The notes beneath the pieces are model-generated. The model did not search any database and was not told the origin of the DNA. It was given only the letters and a program-made list of their open reading frames with translations. DNA of 61,338 nucleotides, the filler included, from Circinaria calcarea (lineage: Eukaryota): assembly GCA_051942165.1 (NCBI GenBank). It is 6 parts of 6 records of this genome, joined end to end, with 100 filler letters (N's around TTAATTAATTAA, not from the genome) between each part and the next. Parts side by side here need not be neighbours in the genome. Positions count along the whole stretch, not along the records: positions 10,257 to 20,410 come from JAVECS010000840.1; positions 20,511 to 30,652 come from JAVECS010000841.1; 4 more parts are not named here. The stretch is one strand, 5' to 3'. A program made the position numbers and the translations under genes. Below are positions 13,667-25,889 of this stretch, in pieces (position 1 is the stretch's first letter; the number at the start of each line of letters is the position of its first letter).

Positions 13667-14243
13667 ACGGCGAATATCTGCCACGCACCCCAAAGATACC
13701 ATTCATATCTGCCACGCACCTTTCCATATCTGCCACGCACCTTTTCATATCTTCCACGTACTTTTTCATATCTGCCACGCACCTCTTCATATCTGCCACG
13801 CACCTTTTCATATCTGCCACGCACCCCACTTAATATATTGCGCCCACGCACCCCTAATGTTTACTCCTACGTACCCCCGGCAATATGTTACTGCCGATTT
13901 CGCCTCTTCCAGGGACGGCTATTACATTATGATGCTTAAAGGCTTCATAGGAGCAGCGATTTAAGCCATTTAAAAGAGTAATAAATATATAAAGAAAAGG
14001 ATTTAAAAAGAGATGGCGGGTGGAGCAGAGAAACGAGCTATTATAGACTATAATAAGAAACGATTCCAGAGTCTTTGGAGATTCCGGCGGCAGGAATAGT
14101 CGGAGGGGTGCGTCAGTGATAATGTGTTGTAGGAGCGGGGGGTGCGTGGGGGTAATAAAGGGTGGTGGGATGCGTGGCAGATATGAAAAGGTGTGTGGGA
14201 GAAAGGAATGGCATCTTTGGGGTGCGTGGCAGATATTCGCCGT
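13667..14243. mobile_element. Non-autonomous DNA transposon (MITE/foldback-like, possibly Mutator-derived), ~577 bp
   Basis: 38-bp terminal inverted repeats ACGGCGAATATCTGCCACGCACCCCAAAGAT(A/G)CCATTC with 1 mismatch; flanking direct repeat TCTTGCA at 13660-13666 and 14244-14250; no transposase ORF. Confidence 0.88.
13704..13829 (+). repeat. Subterminal tandem array, 6 x 21 bp (CATATCTGCCACGCACCTTTT)
   Basis: Directly visible; the unit core is identical to the TIR core and gives the CVADMKR/YLPRTFS pseudo-ORFs. Confidence 0.92.
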
Positions 14244-14867
14244 TCTTGCAATTTAATACGACGTCTAGCACATGCCGCACATCGACTTCGTCGAGTGCGG
14301 CGGTCAAATGGCCCCACTGACATGAGAATGATCAAACAGACAGTCTATCCGGCGTCTACCCGGCGTCTATCCGGTTGCTTGATATAACTAGAAAATAGAA
14401 TATAAGGTATTGAGCTGTCTACAATGATGGTGCTCAAGGAGTTGGCAACGTTGGGATAGATACCGTGGGAGTGGTCACGGAGGTCGGAGCTTAAAAAGGG
14501 ATGTGAAAAAGCGCGAATTTGCGGCATCGTCCTTGAGGCAGTGCGGCCTCGAAGAAGAGTAAGCAGTGAACAAGCAATGAGTCAAGCAACGCGTCGTTGC
14601 CCCTCGCCACCTTGCACCGGCCTGGAAGCGATCTGACTAAGACCAAAAGGGCAGTATAGACACCCTCCATGAGAAGTTGAGGGCATAAATCCGTTACGCT
14701 ATGAGGATTTCCACCCGAACATCTCTTGCATTCATCCCAGGCTTCGCATAAAGCTAAGGCAGTCTATGCACTCTAAATGACTCAAATATATAAGCCGGTC
14801 CAGGCGTCTGCTTCTTTGTGCTTCATATCCATCACAGTCATCCCATATCCTCTCTTCACTGCTCATC

Positions 14868-16007
14868 ATGCCTCTTCTATCTTTTCAAATGGCCTTCGGG
14901 TATATTGTAGCCCTGCACTTTATAGTCTCGTTCATACAAGCTACCATTGTGTTCCCCGAGCCAACGGGCCCCTATAAATTTGGCATAAGCACAATGAAGT
15001 TGGTGGATAAGATGAGACTCGACCCATTCGCGCCAGACAACCGCACCCGGGCCATCATGGTCTCGGCTTTTTATCCCGTCAAGGAAACTTCAGCATGTTA
15101 TCCCACTCGCATTGTGAGCTATGTGCCTCCAGCCACCGCTGCTTTCATGGATTCCGCATATGGCCTCCCGAACGGAACATTTGAGAGTCTAGGGATCCAC
15201 GCCTGCCGCCTGGGCGCTCCGGTCTCGAAAAATTCCCCCCTCGTCATCTTTTCACCTGGTCTTGGGGGCTCTCGCCTGACTTACCAGGCCATTGCACAGC
15301 AAGTTGCTAGTACCGGTTACATCGTTGTCCTTCTTGACCATCCTTATGATACCAACATCATCGAATTCCCGGACGGTTCCGTGGTTCTCGGTATACTTTC
15401 TGACACGGAAGCGGAAATCGAAAGCACCCTCAAGGCTCGCACTCTTGACGCTAGCTTCACAATTGACCAGCTGAGCCGCACATCCGTCGCAAGATCCCTC
15501 GTACCCGGTTCCAACCGGGGTCTAGATGTCCGTCGGGTTGGTATGTTTGGGCATTCGTTAGGAGGTGCAACAGCAGCATCAACAGTACTCAATGACACTC
15601 GTGTTGCTGGCGGGCTTAACATGGACGGTAGTTTCTGGGGTCCTGTGGTCAATCAGGGACTTACTCGCCCATTTCTCCTTTTCGGCAGGCAAAGTAACAC
15701 TCGATTCGAGAACGATTCATGGGCAACAATCTGGCCGCGCTTACTGGGGTGGAAACTTGAGTTGACTTTGGCTGGGTCGCGTCACAATACGTTCACTGAC
15801 GGGCCACTCCTGGTGAAAATCTCAGGTCTTGCGGATCTGTTACCGCCAGGCGATACGTTATTGCTAGGCACAATTGATGGAGCAAGAGCACTTGATGTCA
15901 TAACATCGTATGTGACGGCGTTCATGGATTTCGTATTGAGAGGGTTTGAAGCAGAATGTCTTCGGAATCCATGCTCGGAGTATCCAGAGATTTCCTTTGT
16001 CGACTGA
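14868..16007 (+). CDS. Secreted PAF-acetylhydrolase-like alpha/beta hydrolase, intronless
   Basis: Hydrophobic signal peptide, PEPTGPY, PLVIFSPGLG, LDHPYD, nucleophile GHSLGG, GLNMDG, HNTFTD. Confidence 0.9.
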   Translation: MPLLSFQMAFGYIVALHFIVSFIQATIVFPEPTGPYKFGISTMKLVDKMRLDPFAPDNRTRAIMVSAFYPVKETSACYPTRIVSYVPPATAAFMDSAYGLPNGTFESLGIHACRLGAPVSKNSPLVIFSPGLGGSRLTYQAIAQQVASTGYIVVLLDHPYDTNIIEFPDGSVVLGILSDTEAEIESTLKARTLDASFTIDQLSRTSVARSLVPGSNRGLDVRRVGMFGHSLGGATAASTVLNDTRVAGGLNMDGSFWGPVVNQGLTRPFLLFGRQSNTRFENDSWATIWPRLLGWKLELTLAGSRHNTFTDGPLLVKISGLADLLPPGDTLLLGTIDGARALDVITSYVTAFMDFVLRGFEAECLRNPCSEYPEISFVD

Positions 16008-16998
16008 GAGTAAGGCACGGCTTCTCGATGTCAGACGATATCGTAAAGTCATCTGCCTGGCCTTGGGCTATCGAAGAGTCGACCTGAGTGGTTAGAGAAG
16101 CTGGTGGAATTCTTGTCTGAGCAATGGATTCTGTACAAGGCACGCTTATTGTACCTCAATGTTGGCGTTATGAAATCTGTTCTAGAATACCAATTTGCCA
16201 TCGATAACATGTGAAATTTCAAAATAGATCTTGATTCGACTTCGTTCCCCAAGAGTAGTCGAATGCGGCTTTGTGTCGCACCGTGCCGTCATCTGCTATC
16301 AGAAACCCTTCCTAGTAAGGGACCAAGCTACTCACGTAGTCGTACTGTACTCAGCAAGCGGAGTTCAGGCAATTGGATCAACAGTTCGTGGGATAATTCA
16401 AGATTGTACTTGCATGCATAAGTGGGTGGAACCGGCAACAGAAGTTGGTGAATGCTTTAATAAGGCGTCTAATTGGAAGATGTCAAGGCGATGCCTATCT
16501 TGACGAGTTCGCGATGCATATTTGGCATAAAAATCCATACATCCTCAAGATATTTTGAAATTTTGTTCCTAACGCAGTTGATCACAGATGGACGAAGCTT
16601 TCAAAGCTTACCTCCCGTGTCTATGGTATCTTCTTGGACTTTCTAGGTCAGTTCAATGACCAGATGCGTATAGTTGTAGCGTGTAGCAGGTAATGGCCTA
16701 AAATACTAGATGAAAACGTCGTCCGCTTGGAGGATCATCCGCGACCACAAGATTTAAAGAGTCCGGGAGGACTGCGGTGTAAATACGCCTTATCGAGATC
16801 GTTTAGCAGCTCGGGCGCCAATAGATTGCGGCTCTTTTCGCTTGTTCCTTGTTCCTGCCTAAGCTTCCATTTGCTTTCAAGTTGCTTCATAACTCCGCAA
16901 ACCTGCGAAACTGCCCCCGTAGACTGGCTAGATACCCCTCACTGAAGTTTTACATTGCTTCTCGTCAGCAACATCAGATATCCGAGAAAGTAAAAGTT

Positions 16999-17680
16999 AT
17001 GAGTCGTGGAGGGAAGCTTGCACCTGAAGTCAATCGGTCAGTCAATCTGGTTGGGAAGCTGTGGATTAGATTCTCCCATCTCGGTCGCTCATTTCTAAAA
17101 TGTATGGCTGATATTGGTTTATTAGTGCCCTATTTATCAAGAACCTAAGGTTCGTCGATCTCTACACCCATGGATTACTCACACCACTGCCTGGGAAACC
17201 ACCATAGGTCGCTCGGACAGGAAGGTCCTGATAACTTTGTCTAGCTATAACGTCACCCCGGAAGAGCTCTTCGATCTTTTTGGCAAATTCGGACCTGTTC
17301 GGTACGACTTCCTTGCGTGGTTGGAGGCTTCATGCTCACGTAGCAAAGTGATGCTAACGCCATGAATAGTCAAATTCGCCAGGGAATCGCCAACAATACC
17401 AAAGGAACAGCGTTTGTGGTCTACGAAGATGTCATGGACGCAAAGCAAGCCTGTGATAAATTAAACGGCTTCAACTTCCAGAACCGTTACCTTGTTGGTT
17501 AGTAACCTGACTATCAACTAGCATTTTTATCACTGTTCGCCATGAGACTCAAAATTCTGTACTAACGATACGACTCCAGTTCTCTATCACCAACCCGAGA
17601 AAATGGCCAAGTCAAAGGAGGACCTTGCGGAACGTCAAGAGAATTTAGAGAAGCTCAAACGCCAGCACGGCATCGAATAA
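16999..17680 (+). CDS. SF3B6: Pre-mRNA branch site protein p14 (SF3b14), 5 exons including a 24-nt exon at 17126-17149
   Basis: Spliced [91 protein letters not shown]. Confidence 0.93.
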
Positions 17681-18448
17681 CCCCCGGGATAGTGATAGTG
17701 CACAACAGCGCTGCAGTCTTTGATTTCCAGCTATACTGGGAGTCATTGAGGCTAATGTGGCAAGCCTTATTCACTACATCAGGTTGTTTCTGTATGGTGC
17801 TTACATAGGCGTTTGATACCCACACGGGGTCTGGGAGGGGTTTTATGACAGCAATGACCTGGCCGGATGTACTCCAAGTGCTGGAGTGCTATGGGTTTGC
17901 ATGCTAGTAGCATGTTCTGCAATATGGCCACATGGCCACATGGCCAGATACATCAATAGTATAACATAAGTCCTGAAATACTACCGGACTCGAGAAGCAG
18001 CGATTGTATAGAATATGTGAGATTTCCACATGTAAGATATGGTGGTGCACGAGTACTTTCGTAGATCTTGTGCAGGCTTTTCCCTTTATGGTAAGCGAAC
18101 TCTGCACCGCCATCGTCGTGGGCGAAGCACGTGGTAGCCATCATGTATTGGAAGAACCATCGACCTTGAATAAATATACCGAGATGATTACATAGTTTCT
18201 TGCTTGATGATTCTATTGCCTGTGAGTACATGGCCAAGTACAAATTTAGGTCGCGCTGATAAAATCCAGGCTGACCTGCTTCCGCAGAAACTGATCCAGC
18301 GGAGCTGGGTTGCATCTAACTCTAGACACTAACATCTCGCTGTTGGCTCCTTTCCTGGACAATCCTCAGAAATTGTATCGACGCGTTAGACCTTTCGCCA
18401 TATCTTGTATGCCTTCGACATTTTCCAATTAGATTAATCTCATCACCT

Positions 18449-19739
18449 ATGACAGCAGCCTGGTCTGCTTCTTTATCTATGGGCGCCATCCCAGCGCTGC
18501 TCTCCACAGCGACGTCAGTAACATCCCAAGATGGGTCAGCCTCGATATCTCTCGCTCCATTCGCAACCCCGATAATTGCTACAATGAAGCCTTCGCCTAC
18601 CATGTTTACGACTTCGAACGTTATCAGTCCCGCTACCTCGGTCATTGTTGCTATTGCTCCAACGGCCACTGGCATCCCAGGACAAGGGAAAGGGTCAGGA
18701 CCTGGTGCGGAAAACGGGGAGTGCCAGCTACTCGGACCTTTCGCAATCATAATACAAGCGGCGTTGGGTGGACTGGCTTTACTTTCTCTCGTCTTCAAGC
18801 GGTGGCGGGAGAGACCTCAAAGGCCAGTAAAGATATGGGCCTTTGACGTGTCCAAGCAAGTGGTAGGATCGATATTACTTCACCTGGCCAACCTCTTGAT
18901 GTCTATGCTGTCGTCAGGACAGCTCAAGATATCTGCAACCTCTGCTACGGCGAATCCTTGTTCCTTTTATTTACTTAACCTTGCTATTGACGTAAGTAGA
19001 CACGGTCTTTGTGGCGCGGTTGCGCTTGCTGACGCTTGTTTTTTTTGGACAGACGACTCTAGGCATACCAATTCTTATCGTACTTCTCCGACTACTGACT
19101 TATGGAGCCTTGCAGACCCCATTTGGAAGTCCGCCTGAGTCAATCCAATCGGGGAACTACGGCCATCCCCCAAGAGCAAAATGGTGGTTGAAGCAGTCAC
19201 TTATTTACTTCATCGGTCTTCTCGGAATGAAAACATGTGTATTCTTTATATTCAAGCTATGTCCATGGATCGTCAACGTTGGAGACTGGGCGCTTCGATG
19301 GACCGAAGGCAATGAGAAGGTTCAGGTCTTTTTTGTGATGCTGTTCTTTCCAGTCATCATGAATGCGTTACAATACTACATCATCGACGGGTTCATCAAG
19401 AATCAAAAGCCATCAGATCACGAGCCTATACCGGGTGGAGATGGAGAACCGGATGACTATGTAGATGGTCATGTTGCACCACCAGGGCGGGATGACTGGG
19501 ACGCGGTTGCTGGCAGTGGAGATGATGAGGCTGAGATTGTAAAGAAACACGGAACCAGAAAATCATCGTCTAAGAAAGCTACTGGGTTGAAGGTCGATCC
19601 CAAACAACTTGACGAATACGACCCCAACCGGGATGGAGAGGACAGCCCGACTGTTGCCAGTAGCGGCAGTAACGATCTGAGCAAGAAAGAAGATACAGTA
19701 CCATCTAGCAAGAACGTGGAAGGATCGGATGGGAAGTAA
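18449..19739 (+). CDS. Vacuolar membrane protein, STIMATE/YPL162C family, 2 exons
   Basis: CQLLGPFAIIIQ, KRWRERPQRPVKIWAFDVSKQ, NPCSFYLLNLAID, SGNYGHPP, FPVIMNALQYYIIDGFIK; intron ~18992-19051; start codon could be 18479. Confidence 0.85.
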
Positions 19740-20410
19740 TCAGTACTCTGACTTCTCTCTGGCAGAAGTCCCGTTTAGGGTACATACTCGTGGCCTGGCA
19801 AGCATTACATGGACTCGGTCGGCTTAGCGTTGGCGTTTCGGTTATGGAGATCTCTCTTGAGCAGAGCAAGATTATGAGGATTTTCCTGAACTTGTATCAA
19901 TCGTGTGCATTATCAGCAAGCCATGGATTCTTTTGTTCATTGAGATATATATAGTTGATAGCATCTTCATCTTCCGCTCTTCCGCTCTTTCGTACTTTCA
20001 CCCATCAAGTATAATCCGCGTGAGGCCTCGAACTTGATCTCAAAACCCCTTACACCTCGACTGGCAAGGCCTTCACTTGTCTTCTATAGCAGGGTCCCTA
20101 CCGTCAAAACTCGATATTCAAGGTTAACCTCTTAAGCAATTCAAAGACCTTTCACCTCCTCCCCATTCACCCTCCTCATTCTCCGACCCCAATACCAACC
20201 TTTTTTTCCTCCCAATCCAACCCTCCAAAAAATCCCCTCGTCCTCTTCCCCCCTTTGTAAAACAAATCCACGATCACCACGGTACGGAGTCATTTTTAGG
20301 CAATGATTTGTGGGCATGCATTTTTAGACTATGTTCGGAAAGGAGGAGGATGGCGATTTCTTGGATCAGGAGAGAGAGACAAGGTGCGGGGGTTGTTCGT
20401 GGTGAAAAAC

Positions 20411-20510
20411 NNNNNNNNNNNNNNNNNNNNNNNNNNNNNNNNNNNNNNNNNNNNTTAATTAATTAANNNNNNNNNNNNNNNNNNNNNNNNNNNNNNNNNN
20501 NNNNNNNNNN
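20411..20510. other. Artificial contig spacer
   Basis: Same N44-TTAATTAATTAA-N44 unit. Confidence 0.98.
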
Positions 20511-20924
20511 TTTGATCTATACTAGGCGTTACGTCAATAAACATTCTCATCGACCTTTTGAGAACAGAACAAGAAAATGTTGGTGTGAGTATGTACAATA
20601 AAAGATCCCTATTCGCCCACAGTCATTTCGACCAGCCATGTTGGAACCACGATCCTTCCTTTCCTTATTCCCAGGTATCAAAAATTCAGTCTCGAAAATC
20701 AACAAAGGCGACGTAACGAATGGCATGTGCTTTGATGCAGATATGTGTTATAATGACAGTGTCTTTGCATACAGTGAGGACAACCGATGATTACAATACG
20801 GACTATTAACCGTTTTGAAAAGGAGATTCGTCGACGGCGCAAGAAGAAGAAGGAAGGCAGTGAATTGGTATATATGTTTCGCAAAATATGCCGATGGAAA
20901 GCGACGAAGGCTAGGCGTATAGGT

Positions 20925-22245
20925 TTAGAAGTTCAGAGCGATACCAGCGTTTCCTTGCTGCGGCACCACTGAAGGATTCTCGATCCTGGTATTCCTCCGT
21001 GCTTGAACGTCTCGAATCACGGGATGACTAGTTCCGTACGAGCCGTCCCCATACGAACCATGCTGAACTAAGTTTTCATCGTACATTTCGTTGTTGTAAT
21101 GCTGCGGTGAAGATATTGTAGTCGTGAGAGGTTCGTCGCCAGAAGTTTCAGACCGGTTTGCCCCGGTATAAGCTGAAGAGGCGTTGGATGGACCCCGGTG
21201 AATATCGCGTTCTTGCCGGTTACCCATTGCCACAGGTCCTGCGCCCAATGCCGCGATTGTTTCTGAGTCCGTCGATGTAGGTCTTCCATTGTTTGGACTG
21301 CCCGTACCGACCAACGGATCTCCCGACTGAACATCCGAGTTATGAGTAGTGACAGCGGTTGGCGAACTTGAGGCATGATAGCCGCCCGGATTGCTACCGC
21401 TATCAGACCTAGCCACACCAATAGCTCCGTTTCCGCTCGATAGAGTCGTTGATGCTTTGCGGTTGGCAGCTGAGGTTGTACCCCATCCACGATATCCAGC
21501 ACCATCAGCTTCCCTCATTTCCGAAACCTCTTCACCATGTGGGCTAGTTCCACCAACAGGCGGGAGAGTTGGGTCATTGTTTGGATTGAAGCCGTATTCT
21601 TCGACCTCTTTCCTCCGTAGCTCTTCGGCGTCCTTGCGTTGTTTCCGTCTCCTCCAGAAGAAGAGAAGTGCAAGGACAATAAGCGCAACGGCAGCAACAG
21701 GTACCACAACGGCAACTGCAATTCTACCTCCCGGTGTTAACCCACCACTGCTTCCCGTGGTGGTGCCATTGATGGACAGTGGGGGCGCGCCAGATGACGA
21801 CGACGATGATGATAAGGCTGAGGATCTCGATGGACTGGGAGACGGTGCTACGGGAGCGGGTCCTGAGACGGTCGTTGTTAGATGTATCACTACCGGCGTT
21901 CCATTTTCATTGCTTGACGCTGATTGAACGACAACAGATGTCACGAAAACCGGTGCTGTAGACGCAGCTGCCGAGATTGTGGTTGGAGGAACGGCCGTCG
22001 AGGGTGTCGTCAGGACAATTGCGGTGGTCGAGACTGGATCGGAGGCGCTTGGGGGCGTGAAGGTCGAAAAGGAAGTTGTTGTTTGGATTACGGTAGTCGG
22101 TTCGACGACTGTAGGCGACGGGGATGGAGTTACCGGCAGTGTAGTGATCGGTGTAAGGCTGGTCACAGCAGCTGTTGTGGCTACTCAATATCAGCAGACG
22201 GAAAAGCATCGCCGGAAGAAGGCACTAACTTGTAGCATTGGACAT
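20925..22245 (-). CDS. Ser/Thr-rich single-pass membrane protein (SKG6/Mid2-like cell-surface protein)
   Basis: S/T-rich ectodomain, TM helix IAVAVVVPVAAVALIVLALLFFW followed by RRRKQRK, EEYGFNPNNDP; probable 16-nt first exon (ATG at 22245) and GTTAGT...TAG intron. Confidence 0.8.
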
Positions 22246-24147
22246 TTTAGTATAGTAGGAGAATAGAAGGCTCGTCGTTGTGATGGTGAGTAAGAGGCCG
22301 AATGTCTTCCTCTAGCCGCGTGGAGCGTCAATTTCAAACGATTGGAGATTGCAGAGCGGAGCTCGGTGTGACTGGACAACAGCAACTCAATGCGTCGTCT
22401 CCCGATATCTTGATATCTGAGCCGTAAGTGAGGATGAGGCTGATGGTTGCGTCCTACTCGTTGTGGGTAGAGTGTTTCACGGATGCGGGTGCGACCAAGT
22501 TCCAACTCCCCCATTCACCCCAATCAACGCGATCTTCAAACCTAAGTGGAATGTGTCCGAGGGTGGACGGAGCTGTTCGAAATGTTTTGTAGGAAGGCTT
22601 CGGATTATAAAATACGACTTGAGTTGTAGGAGAACAGAGACGGTGGTAGTGGCGAAAGGGAGAGGCCGCTGGTGAAGGCTGTAAGCATCTGATAAGCACC
22701 GTCCAACCTCAGCGATGAATATCGAGCAGGAGAAAGATCACACAAGTTTGAAGGCTTCACGCTATCCTTAGCTGAGCCGCTTCTAATCCCGATTGGGACC
22801 TGGACGCCCCCAAGCTAATAACGCTCGGCTGTTTTCGTCCCACGTGTGCGCCGCCATGAGTATATCACAGTCTGCTCATCCGATTCGGCGTAGCACACCC
22901 ATCATTGATGTTGGGTGTTTTTGGCTCGAGTGGAAAATCTGATAAGCGCGATGTTCTGGAACAGGCGGCATGCTAAGTATAGTGCAAGGACATCATCAAT
23001 GTCGTCGACAAGCACGTTTTAGCAGTGTCTCTTCACGGGACGATTCGGTATTACGGCCATGTGGCAGGGATCCAGATTCCGGGCTCCTGAAAAGCTGGTG
23101 ATCCTCATCATTCACCGACGGTCATCTTTGGAAAGGATACGAACTGGAGGGCTAAGGAAACCAGAGGTGCATTGGAAGAAAACTGTCCAAGAGGTTGGAA
23201 ACGGGCTCACCGCTCGTATCCCTCTGCTGTCGGACCTAAGAAACGCCGTCAGCCTACGTCTTACCGTGGTAGTTGTGACGAAGGTGAGGCTTCGTGCGAT
23301 GGTAGAGTCTCCTGGTGTCAGCCGCTACTAGAACGAGAGAAAATGGTCGATATCTAATTGGCCATATTTGCATAAGGTAGGATAAAGTGGTAGCGTTTAC
23401 TTTCGAGCCTGTCACGAGCGAGAAGTAAAAACTGTCTACCCTGTGGGAAGCGGTGCCCAAGAAGTTATTCGAGAAAGAGACGATGCTCCCGTCAATCGGG
23501 TATAATGTAGAGCCCACCATAGGATAATCATTCTTATTTTGCCGGCTAGCTCTGTTCAATAGGGCCTGTGCATGGAAACTCCCAGTCACTCCATGTGTCT
23601 GACCGGGCACAACGTCTTAGCATCATCTACGGCATGAACTTTGAGGATGTAGAATGATCCAGTCTATAGGTAGTAGCTATAATTTGGCGAGAGGTCTCAG
23701 GGGTACTGAGAGGGCTCCACGTCTCATGTTGGTATTTTTATACCGATAGCTGCAGGATCTGGTGGCTGGATGGAAACCCGAGGCTTATTTTTAACGCACT
23801 CCATTTAGAGTAACACCCCTCGGCTTTATAGCTATTGGAAATCATGTGAACATGAAAAAATTGAGGTTTTCAGGAGACTTTGAATAAGAGATGGATCTGA
23901 GTACATTTGTCTCATGGCTCAAAGGTAGGACCCGGGACTGGTATGCTTTGAGGAAAACGCTCTTTTCAGATTGCTGTTTCCTACTAAGTCGCGCGCAGTG
24001 TTTATTGACATTTAGGTTCCAAGCTCAGCATTAAGAATATGCAAAGATCATCGGATATCCATTTCTTCGATACTATCCCGTTTGTAGCATTCTCCAAGTA
24101 TCTTCTACAACCTCCTAGTTAGCCCCGCTGCTGGGTCCGGGTGTTCT

Positions 24148-25096
24148 TCAAGGCGCTATAGGTGTTTCCGCTTGAGCAGGATGAGGAGGAATAGTCGGCC
24201 ACGGTTTCTTCAGGGCGTCCTGTAATTTCACGAGACACCCATCGGGTCCAGCTATGCTACCTATGTCTCGGATTAGTGGTGTCGACTACCATCATAGCAA
24301 TTCTTTGCGTACCATTCAGAACCACCAGGCCATTCTCCTCATCCACCTTCAACACTTTCACATTCTGCACCGTAACTTGCTGACCACCCATCCTCCCTGC
24401 CATTTTCTTCCCCGGGTACACCCTCGAACCACCACCCTGGGACTGTCCAGCAGAACCCATAGAGCGATGCGTCAAGGAGACACCGTGTGATGCTGGCTGC
24501 CCGTGAAATCCCCATCGTTTCATACCACCCGCGAACCCTTTGCCAGTGCAGTTCGCCCTCGCATCAACAAATTGTCCTTCTTGAAACCACGATGCTTTGA
24601 TCATCTCGCCTATGCCCAGAAGCCCGCTTTCGTCTTTGACCTTAAATTCCACCAGATGTCGCTTTGGACTGACACCATGTTCGGCAAAATGGCCTAGTTG
24701 CGGTCTAGTCACGTTGCTTGGATGCTTCCATCCACAGCCAACCTGTACAGCGTAGTAACCGTTCCTCTGACGCGTCTTATGGGCAACCACTTGGACTCGG
24801 TCCATCTGAACTACCGTGCAGGCGTACCGCCTTCCAGTTTCAGAATCGTAGATTGCACTCATTCCCTTTTTGATGCCCAAGGCACCCGTCCGTAAAGGGA
24901 GCGTGTAAGCCTTGCGTTGGAGAGCCGCAGCGGTTGTGGACTCGAGCAAAGGTAGCTCCCGGCTGCGGTTGAATCGATTTGGTCGAGGCGGGTCAATAGA
25001 TCTGATACCACGGCGAGAGACATGGTTGACTGATATACGAGGTAGTAAGAAGGGCGGAGGTAGCTGAAATAATGTCGACGGCGGTTTTGGGGGCAT
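24148..25096 (-). CDS. MRPL9: Mitochondrial large ribosomal subunit protein L3 (uL3m), 2 exons
   Basis: RTGALGIKKGM, GYYAVQVG, GKGFAGGMKRWGFHGQPASHGVSLTHRSMGSAG, RVYPGKKMAGRMGG, last exon GPDGCLVKLQDALKK. Confidence 0.93.
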
Positions 25097-25889
25097 GTCT
25101 ACAATTGGATTTTGTGTAAACTGGAGGTCTTTCATGGGCTTCTGACCCTTCAATGGTTGTCATAAGCGCGCTAACCGGTCATCAGCCCTACGTGCTTTCC
25201 ACTCCCTCGACCACTGAATGCAAGCATCGCATATTCGTCCACGACAGTTCCACGGATGGTGTTCTTATTCATTGTCCTCCCTTTGACTTCGCTATTCTAC
25301 GGCTGGATCGCTGATAATCTTACTCAACCGGTGTTTCTCTGACTGCAAACAGAACTACATGACGTTTTGTTGACCTGTGCAGCATTCCAGCTTGCCTCAA
25401 TGCGGTGTCTAGCAAATTTATTGTGATGGCATACTTTCAAGTATTATCGTTCTCATACTGTATTGCCTAAAGGTAGCAAGTAACTCTATTGACTCCTCGC
25501 TGTATTCTGAGCTCATATTGTCACGCTGATAATACTATGTCGCCGTATAGAAATAAAAGCCCTACAATCAACTTAGGTTATGTGAATAGCGGCGTTTCAA
25601 TCTTAATCTAGTGGAGCAAGTGTACCTTCACCATATAATCATTCGCATCTGATTGAACTGTATCTTTTGCTTGCATTTTCGCCAGCTCACTCTTTAGATC
25701 TACCGCAAATGGTTGATTGCTCGCCGGATATGGTGAAGATTCTTTATAAGAACAAAGATGACGGCTGAGAGTTCAATTATTCATAAGTAAGGCCTCTCAG
25801 CTCACAGATTCTCTGTCTTCTACTGCCTCTTCTATCACCGTCGACATATTTATTTATCTCATCTACTCTGACCTCTATACTGTCTCGTC

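Larger units (their letters stand above)
11986..14323 (-). pseudogene. Zn(II)2Cys6 fungal transcription factor pseudogene interrupted by a TIR element
   Basis: MSVGPFDRRTRRSRCAACARRRIK, then after the insertion and intron YEGKLPY-(frameshift)-YCARMNTTY, the decayed second half of the zinc cluster; C-terminal fungal TF region (FIYYNAILIYLSG...ILFLVPLRIAGARA) with in-frame TAA at 12088-12090. Confidence 0.8.

Noticed and set aside
13704..13829. CRISPR-like array or repeat protein (CVADMKR)n
   Set aside because: Units are contiguous with no unique spacers, the context is eukaryotic, and they are the subterminal repeats of the TIR element
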